Below are positions 8,942 to 16,119 of a stretch of DNA of 32,000 nt, piece by piece. The notes beneath the pieces are model-generated. The model saw nothing but the letters and a program-made list of their open reading frames with translations, was not told where the DNA came from and did not search any database. Origin of the DNA: Nitrososphaerota archaeon (GTDB lineage Archaea; Thermoproteota; Nitrososphaeria; Nitrososphaerales; UBA57); NCBI GenBank assembly GCA_016871995.1, contig VHBL01000003.1:60001-92000 (forward strand), in the 5' to 3' direction. The position numbers were made by a program, and so were the translations under genes. Within the stretch, counting starts at the first letter, position 1, and the number at the start of each line of letters is the position of its first letter.

Positions 8942-9505
8942 ATGATTGTCCTAGCTATAGAGATTTTTGCCAATATAGCGGTGTCAAGAGGGATTGCTTC
9001 TGCCAACGAGTTCAACACTCTGGCAGCACCATTATTGCTGATAGTAGGCCTTACTCTTGCTTTCTTCGGAAGGAAGTTCGTCAAGACATTGGTCTTCTTG
9101 GCTGGAGGGCTTGCAGGTGCTGCTGCAGGCTTTGCAATAGATTCCTTGATTTTAGGAGGTGCATTGGCATTAGTCGGTGCTATCGTAGGGTTCGTAGTCG
9201 TAGGGGTGATTGCGTACGTCGTGGCAAGGGTTGCTCTGGGTGTTGCTCTTGCAGCAGCATGTTTCTTCTTGGTCAGGGCTATAATCCCTAACACTGCAAT
9301 CGCGCTTTTTGTCGCTCTTATCGGATTGATACTTGGGATAATTGCATTCAACAAGTTCCTTTCATTTGCAACTGCTGTGACTGGAGGGTTGATTGTTGCT
9401 CACGCCCTTCAGGTATACACCTTCAACTTGCTGGCTCTTGCTGTAGGAATACTCATAATGGTGGTTGGAGGGTTAGTGCAGTCAAGGCAGCTCAAGAAGA
9501 AATAG
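8942..9505 (+). CDS. Gly/Ala-rich multi-pass membrane protein, function unknown
   Basis: 187 aa with an ATG start and about 6 hydrophobic helices. It ends in QSRQLKKK and is followed by T-tracts (AATTTTTGTCGCATTTTGTCG). The antisense and offset ORFs at 8782-9291 and 8932-9354 look like shadows of it. Confidence 0.6.
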   Translation: MIVLAIEIFANIAVSRGIASANEFNTLAAPLLLIVGLTLAFFGRKFVKTLVFLAGGLAGAAAGFAIDSLILGGALALVGAIVGFVVVGVIAYVVARVALGVALAAACFFLVRAIIPNTAIALFVALIGLILGIIAFNKFLSFATAVTGGLIVAHALQVYTFNLLALAVGILIMVVGGLVQSRQLKKK

Positions 9506-9588
9506 AAACAATTCCAGTGCACAGAAACTTGTCAAGGTCCTGCGTTAATTTTTGTCGCATTTTGTCGTGTTTAGGGGGAGGGGTATCT

Positions 9589-10227
9589 CTAGTATAGATA
9601 ATCTCTGTTCGACGCTTCTGAGATTATTGTAATCCCTGGTCTGTCTAATTCAGGCCGTCTGGATTTTAGATTACTGTCATCTCTTTGGGACACGACTACT
9701 GGATATGTACGCTTTCCAACCAGATCGTCCTTTGCAACATGGAGAGCCAGGCATAAAGCCCAGAATTGGTCATCATGCCTGTTTTCTGGGTGCTGATATT
9801 TCATTGTACCTGCTGTTGAATAGACCCGCTCCTGTTCCTGTATCTGGATTTTCAGTTCCTCGGCTCCTTTCCTTGGAAGTTTCAAGCGCTTCTGCTGGAG
9901 GAGCATAAGGAGAAATTGAACCATGTCGTGCTTGGACTGGGCTGTAAATGCCATTCCTTCAACAGGTATGTATTTTGCGTCATATTGCTCGATAACGGCT
10001 TCTCCAACAGTACTCTTGTCCAGCCCTAAATTTTCCCATTTGTACTTTTCGTAGAGTGCCTCTGTATCTTGTATAATTGTGTTGTAATCTACATGGGGCC
10101 ACTGTTTTACTCCTACTACTCGTGCTATTGACTCATCAGAATCGTCCTGCTCTTCTATTCGTATGATGACCAGAGCTGTAAAGTCTCTGCGCTTGGCTAG
10201 ATCTTGGCCTGCGTAATAATCGCTCAT
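9589..10227 (-). pseudogene. terminase large subunit, C-terminal RNase-H-like nuclease domain fragment
   Basis: It carries GQDLAKRRDFTALVI (the first acidic nuclease motif, G-x-D-x-A...D-x-T-A) and ENRHDDQFWALCLALHVA (the HDD..AL motif). Confidence 0.75.
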
Positions 10228-10375
10228 ATTTTGTCCAACTCGTAGTCTGCTAAACTCCCATCGATCAGTTCTGGAGGTACTGCCGCATTCTGCACGTTGA
10301 GGAAATTACACTCGTACTCTTGGCAAAATGATGGGCCTAGGGCGATCTTCTCTTGCTCTATCTCTTCTGGGTCTA

Positions 10376-10771
10376 TCAGGCCCGGTGCCACATGAATGGG
10401 AGGATGAATTTTCTGACCGAGTCATCATTGCTGTATAGCCTGTAGAAGAAGCCTCTCTGCCCGTTCGGAGTTGAAACTAGGACGAAATCTCCTTGTGTGT
10501 TGATTAGTGTTGGCCTTAAGGCTGTGTAAATGGTTTCGTCGTTCAGTCTTATGAAATGCGCCGCTTCATCTAGGTAGACTGCTTTGACGCGATCAAAACC
10601 TCTTAGAGATTGTGCTGTACTTGGCAGGGAGAATATTTCGCAGCCATTTTTGAGGACCAGATTATCAGATTTTGTCTTTGCTATCTCTGACTCCAATATA
10701 GAAAGGTTCGGAAGGATGATAGATCGTTTCCAGAATTTTTCATACATGCACTGAATATCAATGCAAGCCAA
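10376..10771 (-). pseudogene. terminase large subunit, ATPase-domain fragment (Walker A region missing)
   Basis: It has the Walker-B-like box AVYLDEAAHF and LVSTPNG (coupling motif). No P-loop is present, and the frame closes at a TGA at 10820-10822. A third frame between 10224 and about 10390 reads IDPEEIEQEKIALGPSFCQEYECNFLNV, which is the terminase Q-E-Y-x-C-x-F box. Confidence 0.7.
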
Positions 10772-11022
10772 GGACAGATACGTCTGTACCGCAAGAAGCG
10801 AGGGAGGGAACCCTATATTTCAAAGGCTGTGATTCATTATAATAGTATTGGGGAGTTCGCATTTATTTTCGAAACTCTAGGAAAAGCATGGGAGGGAACT
10901 ACAGAATAAACGTGCCGAAGGTGCAACACCAATAGCTCCAAAGTGCATACGTGCCGATTATGCACAAGAACCGATATTAGAACTACTTAGGTAGTGCCTG
11001 CATGTAGCCGTATTGATCCCCA

Positions 11023-12024
11023 ATGGATCCAAAAGATTCATTACGGCTAAAAAAGACTGTTGCCTTTGCGGTTGTGACAGTCTTAACACTGTCCATGTTA
11101 ACCGCGGTAATACCCCCTATGAAACAAGCAGAAGCTCAGGCTTCACTACCTGCAGATCAAAGAAACTGGGAACGAGTCAATGGGAATGAATTTGGATGGA
11201 ATTACAATCCCCAAAATCAGATCAACAAGGATACTGTGAAGTCACTAGAACTAAAATGGGTCTATCCAGTACCAACTGTTACCCAGCAGAACTTGAAGCT
11301 CGGAGGTCTTGTGGTGAATGAAGGTGCAATGGCTCCTCCAATTGTAATCGACGGGACGGCATATCTTGCTCTGAACAGCAGGAACATATTGGCTCTGGAC
11401 GCAAAGACTGGGAAACTGCTTTGGACATATCAAAATGAGTTCAATAACACGGGTTTGCAAAACAGGCTTCCACTTCTTACTGAGAGAACTCATCAGCATG
11501 GAATCAATTACATCGATGGTATGATCTGGCAAAATGATTATGGATGCAAACTGACTGCTATAGATGCTAAGACAGGGAAGGTTGCAAGGCAGCACACTAA
11601 CCTCTGCTTGGAAATTCCTCTGAATAGTGCTCAAGGAATGGGAGTTCCGACAAACTCTGGATTCTATGCGGGTGCAGCAGCACATCCACCACCATATTAC
11701 AAGGCTGGTAACCTTCTGATATGGGCTATTGGAGGTTCGGCTGAGGGAACTAACGGAGGAAGATCATTCGTAGCAGGAGTAGATGCTACCACGGGTCAGA
11801 CCAAATGGCGATTTTTCTATATACCTCCATGCGGAGACCCTGCAACATGTAAACCTCTATTCCAAAGAGAGAAGCAAGAATGGGGTCAATGGCTTGTCGA
11901 TAACTGCAATAAGATATGGATACAACAGATCAAATCATGTCAGGTAGACCAAGACTTGCTGAGAAACGACTTTGGAAACATGAGGTTCAATTCTGGAGTT
12001 AGTAAGTGTGGGGTACAATGGTAG
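11023..12024 (+). CDS. exported quinoprotein-like (PQQ-repeat) beta-propeller, N-terminal part of a frameshift-split gene
   Basis: It has a signal-peptide-like N-terminus. The segment NYNPQNQINKDTVKSLELKWVYP ... PPIVIDGTAYLALNSRNILALDAKTGKLLW matches the quinoprotein dehydrogenase N-terminal pattern and the paralogue at 24790-27162. Confidence 0.8.
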   Translation: MDPKDSLRLKKTVAFAVVTVLTLSMLTAVIPPMKQAEAQASLPADQRNWERVNGNEFGWNYNPQNQINKDTVKSLELKWVYPVPTVTQQNLKLGGLVVNEGAMAPPIVIDGTAYLALNSRNILALDAKTGKLLWTYQNEFNNTGLQNRLPLLTERTHQHGINYIDGMIWQNDYGCKLTAIDAKTGKVARQHTNLCLEIPLNSAQGMGVPTNSGFYAGAAAHPPPYYKAGNLLIWAIGGSAEGTNGGRSFVAGVDATTGQTKWRFFYIPPCGDPATCKPLFQREKQEWGQWLVDNCNKIWIQQIKSCQVDQDLLRNDFGNMRFNSGVSKCGVQW

Positions 12025-13112
12025 TAGATCAGGAAACTGGCATACTCTACTTTGGAACTGCGCAAGCTGGTCCAGACTGGAATGCAACATATGCTCCAGG
12101 CTTCAGATTATTCGGAGCATCAATAATTGCAATAAATGCAAATACCGGCCAACTAGTATGGGCCCATCAGACTACTGCAAGAGACCTCTGGGATTATGAC
12201 TGCTCATGGAATACGATACTGGCTACAGCAAAAGTGAAGGGACAGAATAAGAAAGTTGTCATAAAAGGCTGCAAGAACGGAATCGTTTATGTGCTTGACG
12301 CAGCAACAGGCGAAGCTTATCACATACTTGAAGGTCCAGATATGAAGCGAACGCCATTAGCCCAACTATATGATCCAAGAAACAAGGAACAGATGACAAA
12401 GCCATGGACAAACTATCCTAGCAAAGATGCATTCTGGATGAATTGTCCTGCATTTGGATGTCTTGAATCAGACATTGCATACGACCCAACAAGGAATATG
12501 GTATACGCAGCCATCATGAACTCGCCACAATGGTCTAAGGTTGGAAATGCAGAACTTAGAGGCGTAAGCCTCGCATCGGCGCCTGCAGGAACACCTCCAT
12601 TCACACCAAGTACCAATGCGACGATCAGTGCGTGGGACCTTGACACTGGTCAGCTAAAATGGAAGTACTTTATTGATGGAAGAGGATTCAGGGGAGGAGT
12701 AATGGTCAGCGGAGGTCTGGTATGGGGTTCAGCAGTAGATGGATACAACAGGGGATTGGATGCGGATACGGGTAAAGTAGCCTACGAAGCTAACCTAGGT
12801 GTCTCTACTCTTACTCAGCCTACAATGGCAGCAGACTCTGACGGCAAGATCAAACTTTTCAGAATAGTCGGAGGACAGAGCGTCATATTCGGAGGAGCCA
12901 ACTCGTTATTCTCTCAAGCACCCGGTGCACTGATGGTATACGGACTACCAGATACGATCCCAGCGCCAAAGGAAATAATCAAAGAAGTACCTAAGGAAGT
13001 CATAAAGGAAGTAACCGTAGAAACAGTGAGCCCAGTATCCTATGCAATAGTAGGAATAGGCATCATAATAGCTGTAGTAGGAATAGTACTATCGAGAAGA
13101 AAGAAGGCGTAA
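12006..13112 (+). CDS. exported quinoprotein-like beta-propeller, C-terminal part of the frameshift-split gene (repeat stalk + TM anchor)
   Basis: It continues the paralogue alignment: VWGTMVVDQETGILYFG versus VWGQYVIDQETGIVYLG. It also has LWDYDCSWN, KNGIVYVLDAATGE, the stalk PKEIIKEVPKEVIKEVTVET and the TM + SRRKKA tail. Confidence 0.8.
   Translation: MWGTMVVDQETGILYFGTAQAGPDWNATYAPGFRLFGASIIAINANTGQLVWAHQTTARDLWDYDCSWNTILATAKVKGQNKKVVIKGCKNGIVYVLDAATGEAYHILEGPDMKRTPLAQLYDPRNKEQMTKPWTNYPSKDAFWMNCPAFGCLESDIAYDPTRNMVYAAIMNSPQWSKVGNAELRGVSLASAPAGTPPFTPSTNATISAWDLDTGQLKWKYFIDGRGFRGGVMVSGGLVWGSAVDGYNRGLDADTGKVAYEANLGVSTLTQPTMAADSDGKIKLFRIVGGQSVIFGGANSLFSQAPGALMVYGLPDTIPAPKEIIKEVPKEVIKEVTVETVSPVSYAIVGIGIIIAVVGIVLSRRKKA
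12968..13015 (+). repeat. 12-nt periodic coding repeat (4 units, KEII-KEVP-KEVI-KEVT)
   Basis: Read directly from the sequence: aag gaa ata atc / aaa gaa gta cct / aag gaa gtc ata / aag gaa gta acc. Confidence 0.8.
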
Positions 13113-13125
13113 ACCAATAGCCCCA

Positions 13126-13149
13126 AAGAGGGGCAATCCTCTTTTATTT
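13126..13149 (+). terminator. stem-loop plus T-tract in the 31-nt convergent spacer
   Basis: AAGAGG (13126-13131) pairs with CCTCTT (13138-13143) across a 6-nt loop, followed by TTATTT. An alternative overlapping stem is GCCCC/GGGGC at 13120-13134. Confidence 0.35.
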
Positions 13150-13971
13150 CGCTTTGGGATAAGAACCCAAAACCTTCACAAATGGGCAATTTTTTGAAAT
13201 AACATTAAGAACTTCTGCACATGGTTTGTCGTTCCTGTGCCCTTCAAAATCGAGGTAGAAATAATATTCCCACGCCTTCTGCCTTGTCGGTCTCGATTCT
13301 ATCTTTGTTAGGTTTATTTTTCTGTCAGCAAACTCCTTCAGAACACCATGTAGCGATCCTGGCACATCAGGCGCCGAAAATATGATTGAAGTCTTGTCAG
13401 AACCCGTAGGTTTTGCATCCTTTTCTGCCAGCAAGAAAAAGCGTGTATAATTGTTCTTGCTGTCCTCAATCCCTTTTTCCAGAATCTTCATAGCGTAAAA
13501 ATCAGCTGCATATTCACTGGCTATCGCAGCGGCTTCCCTCAAGTTCTGTTCTTTTAATAATTTGACGCTTCCAGCAGTATCATATGTTGCAAGTGTCCTG
13601 TAGTTGTTCTTTTGCAGATATGTTCTACATTGGCCCAGCGCCTGAGGATGTGAATAAACGACCTTGACATCTTCCTTGGAGACTGTGGGTAATGAAATCA
13701 AACAATGAACTATCCGCAGGTTAAGTTCTCCGCAGACCTTGATATTAGTCCTGAGCAGCAGGTCGTAAGTTTCGTTGACGCTGCCTTCCGTCGAATTCTC
13801 TATCGGCACAACGGCATAGCCTACTTTGCCCTTTTCTATAGCGTCAAAAACTTCAGGCAGTATTCTATATGGCTTGGCTTCGACCCTTCTATCAAAAAAG
13901 TTCTGTACAGCAACTTCGCTGAACGCTCCCCTTTCACCCTGAAATGCGACTGTAATGCTTTTTTCAGGCAA
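13144..13971 (-). CDS. pheA: prephenate dehydratase with C-terminal ACT domain
   Basis: 275 aa. It has AFQGERGAFSE at the N-terminus, the TRF box, and the ACT-domain signature NLTKIESRPTR. Confidence 0.85.
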   Translation of the reverse strand: MPEKSITVAFQGERGAFSEVAVQNFFDRRVEAKPYRILPEVFDAIEKGKVGYAVVPIENSTEGSVNETYDLLLRTNIKVCGELNLRIVHCLISLPTVSKEDVKVVYSHPQALGQCRTYLQKNNYRTLATYDTAGSVKLLKEQNLREAAAIASEYAADFYAMKILEKGIEDSKNNYTRFFLLAEKDAKPTGSDKTSIIFSAPDVPGSLHGVLKEFADRKINLTKIESRPTRQKAWEYYFYLDFEGHRNDKPCAEVLNVISKNCPFVKVLGSYPKAK

Positions 13972-13981
13972 TTTTCTACCT

Positions 13982-14896
13982 TTAGTACACTGGTGTTACC
14001 CAGTCTTTGTGCCTTGAATCTTCGCCTATAACAGCCTTCAAGTACGATTCCCTAATCCTCTTCGTAACCTTACCCATAGATCCATTTCCTATAGTTCTCC
14101 GGTCGACCTCCACAATTGCTGTTACTTCCGCAGCCGTGCCAGTGAAGAAGACCTCATCGGCGGTGTATAACTCCGTTCTCGCAATATCCCTCTCCGCTAC
14201 TTGAACTTCTAGCTCCTTTGATAGCTGTATTACTGAATCTCTTGTTATCCCTTCAAGTATTGACGATGAAGGTGAAGGTGTATACATTCTGCCATTTTTC
14301 ACAACGAAGATGTTTTCACCTGTACCTTCGCTTACATATCCCCTTTGATCTAACAGGATGGCATCGTCATATTCATTTCTTAGAGCATCTAGCTTTGAAA
14401 GCACTGAATTGATGTAGTTGCCAGTAGCCTTTGCCTGAGGGGGAGTGGATTGATCACTGATCCTTCTCCATGAAGATATGCAGACCTTAAGTTCAGGCCT
14501 GTCGAAATACTTTCCATATGGAAAGGCCGCAATAGCATGTTGCAAAGGAAAACCCGTCCAATTTAGACCTATCCCTCCATATCCAACGAAGATTATTGGC
14601 CTTATGTATGCGGACGTTTTAATCTTGTTTATCCTTAGCGTCTCTAAAACCGCATTGGCCATCTCTTTTGCCGAATACCTAGGCTCCATGTAATAGATTT
14701 TGGCTGAATACATGAGCCTCTTGATATGATCCTCAAGTCTGAATACTAACAGATTTCCGTCAGACGCATAGGCCCTTAGTCCTTCGAATACCCCGGTGCC
14801 ATAGTGTAAGGCATGTGTTAGAACTGGAACCTTTGCCTCGCTCCATTTTACAAACTTCCCGTCTAACCATATGAATTCAGGTTCATCTATCGGCAT
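13982..14896 (-). CDS. ilvE: branched-chain amino acid aminotransferase (fold type IV PLP enzyme)
   Basis: FIWLDGKFVKWSEAKVPVLTHALHYGTGVFEGLRAY aligns with the E. coli IlvE N-terminus, and EGTGENIF and TGTAAEV boxes are present. I prefer ATG 14896 over the upstream GTG 14953. The homology starts at 14896, and a TTTATAAG-type box (14936-14943, read on the minus strand) lies upstream of it. Confidence 0.9.
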   Translation of the reverse strand: MPIDEPEFIWLDGKFVKWSEAKVPVLTHALHYGTGVFEGLRAYASDGNLLVFRLEDHIKRLMYSAKIYYMEPRYSAKEMANAVLETLRINKIKTSAYIRPIIFVGYGGIGLNWTGFPLQHAIAAFPYGKYFDRPELKVCISSWRRISDQSTPPQAKATGNYINSVLSKLDALRNEYDDAILLDQRGYVSEGTGENIFVVKNGRMYTPSPSSSILEGITRDSVIQLSKELEVQVAERDIARTELYTADEVFFTGTAAEVTAIVEVDRRTIGNGSMGKVTKRIRESYLKAVIGEDSRHKDWVTPVY

Positions 14897-14965
14897 GGAG
14901 CTCTGTCTCTGAAGGGGAAAGAAATGCGTAATGGGTTTATAAGAATATTTCACTATTCTAGAAAA

Positions 14966-15526
14966 CTATACCCTCATGAAATCAATCGAAATGGCTCTCT
15001 CCTCAACATAGCCGCATTCTTTACATTTTACCCTATCGTTTATTCTTACGACCGCTCCTCCACAGATGCTACATACAGACGTTAGGACTCCGTCCTTCTC
15101 ATTCTCTAACGATAATTGTATTATTGCGTTTTTTGTGCTTATCACAGTGGCTCTAATCAAGTCTCCCGGCTTTGCAATTATTGATCTTCTCTCCCTTCTC
15201 TGATACATGTCATGTTTTACCATTAGCATAGCAGTAAAGTTCGCGTTGCTTGGTTCTCCGTTTATGCGTGTAATTCTAATATTGGCTACACTCGGCTGCG
15301 CAGTCTCAACTACACCTTCAACGGTATTTCCCTTTAAAGGAAGGATTTGCTTCTTTACGGGGCTCCTTACAGTGACTTTTCTCTGCTTAAGATCGAACTC
15401 TGCCATCCCTAATGAAGATGCTCTTATGGATTCTCCGATGCTGTAAGTTCCTTCTCCGGGCTCAAACTCTTCGACAACTGCAAGTGCTTCCCCGGGAAGC
15501 GCTCGGCGCTCTTTCTTTAAACTCAT
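14966..15526 (-). CDS. csl4: exosome complex RNA-binding subunit Csl4
   Basis: 186 aa with three parts: N-terminal LPGEALAVVEEFEPGEGTY, a central S1-like barrel, and a C-terminal zinc ribbon CSICGG...CKECG. Confidence 0.8.
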   Translation of the reverse strand: MSLKKERRALPGEALAVVEEFEPGEGTYSIGESIRASSLGMAEFDLKQRKVTVRSPVKKQILPLKGNTVEGVVETAQPSVANIRITRINGEPSNANFTAMLMVKHDMYQRRERRSIIAKPGDLIRATVISTKNAIIQLSLENEKDGVLTSVCSICGGAVVRINDRVKCKECGYVEERAISIDFMRV

Positions 15527-15628
15527 TAGCCGTGCGTTAATTTTGGTGCCTAATAAGCAATGCTTGCTATTTAGTTATCTGCACATGTTTGCTCTGCCTT
15601 TTTGTTCTTCCTTAATAGATCTCTATTA

Positions 15629-15799
15629 TCACGTCTCTACTTTCCGCCTAAAACTTGGGCTATAGGTACCATAAAGTTTCTTGCAACTAATGCAACGAAC
15701 CCCAGCGTCATCGTGATACATAACCATGCCCCCACAAGAGCATACCCCGAATTCTGGCTTCTGCAGAACCTTTACCTCTTGAGCATATCGCGGTCTCAA
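15629..15799 (-). CDS. possible small zinc-ribbon protein (56 aa, TTG start)
   Basis: It is not in the ORF track because it is under 60 aa. My translation is MRPRYAQEVKVLQKPEFGVCSCGGMVMYHDDAGVRCISCKKLYGTYSPSFRRKVET*, with paired CxC...CxxC cysteines. It lies in an otherwise unassigned 400-nt gap upstream of csl4. The start codon is weak and no homology is recognised. Confidence 0.25.
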   Translation of the reverse strand: MRPRYAQEVKVLQKPEFGVCSCGGMVMYHDDAGVRCISCKKLYGTYSPSFRRKVET

Positions 15800-15934
15800 A
15801 CTTTCACCATTGCATAGACTATGGTGGCAATGTTTGATAAGGAACCCTCATGGAGAGAACGATCCAAACCGGTGGAACGGACGTCCACATTGTTTCATAG
15901 CGAATTACAGGTCTCTTATTACTTAATGCTATAG

Positions 15935-16039
15935 TGCGGGGGGTGGGATTTGAACCCACGAACCGCTAACGGATAGGAGCCTCAGTCCTACGCCTTCACG
16001 AGCAGTTTGCTCTCTTTGACCTAGCTTGGCAACCCCCGC
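15935..16039 (-). tRNA. tRNA-Leu (anticodon GAG), class II, with a ~20-nt intron in the D-loop/D-stem junction
   Basis: The reverse complement folds by hand as follows. Acceptor GCGGGGG/CCCCCGC+A. D-stem GCC/GGC. Anticodon stem TAGGA/TCCTA with loop CT-GAG-GC. Long variable arm CCG-TTAG-CGG. T-arm GTGGG-TTCAAAT-CCCAC. Between GGTCAAA and GGC sits an extra GAGAGCAAACTGCTCGTGAA (15995-16014). The 3' CCA is not encoded. Confidence 0.85.
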
Positions 16040-16119
16040 TCGACATACTTCGAGCCAAGGAATCTTATTTGCTTTTAAATATCTACGATATCTTTTTAGA
16101 AATCTTAAACGTATTATTG

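Larger units (their letters stand above)
8564..10820. mobile_element. decayed virus/provirus-derived patch (methylase stub + membrane protein + broken terminase)
   Basis: Two typically viral genes are both inactivated and lie next to each other. No integrase, att repeat or capsid gene is visible. The boundaries are approximate. Confidence 0.4.

Noticed and set aside
8782-9354. 169-aa Cys/Arg-rich plus ORF and 140-aa minus ORF overlapping the membrane-protein gene
   Set aside because: Both overlap the 8942-9505 frame, which encodes regular hydrophobic helices. The alternatives give implausible low-complexity Cys/Arg- or Ala/Thr/Pro-rich sequence.
10801-10899. 10-nt direct repeat GGGAGGGAAC (10801-10810 and 10890-10899), plus a related AGGGGGAGGGG at about 9570, considered as att-site remnants
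   Set aside because: The repeat is too short and purine-rich to distinguish from chance. The two copies do not bracket the viral fossil, and no tRNA fragment or integrase is associated with them.
12003-12012. Programmed -1 ribosomal frameshift at the propeller gene break
   Set aside because: There is no X-XXY-YYZ slippery heptamer (the sequence is T-AAG-TGT-GGG) and I could find no obvious downstream stem-loop or pseudoknot. A mutation or a homopolymer read error is the simpler explanation.
15602-15817. 71-aa plus-strand ORF in the csl4-tRNA gap
   Set aside because: It has a TTG start, low-complexity Leu/Ser/Asn/Thr-rich sequence, no motif and no plausible promoter. It overlaps the slightly more protein-like minus-strand Cys-knuckle frame.
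16069-16119. Upstream TTG start extending the Kelch protein by 17 residues
   Set aside because: The extension (MLLNIYDIFLEILNVLL) precedes a perfectly good ATG-ATG followed by a signal peptide. It would also place the start 30 nt from the tRNA gene, inside the AT-rich divergent promoter region.
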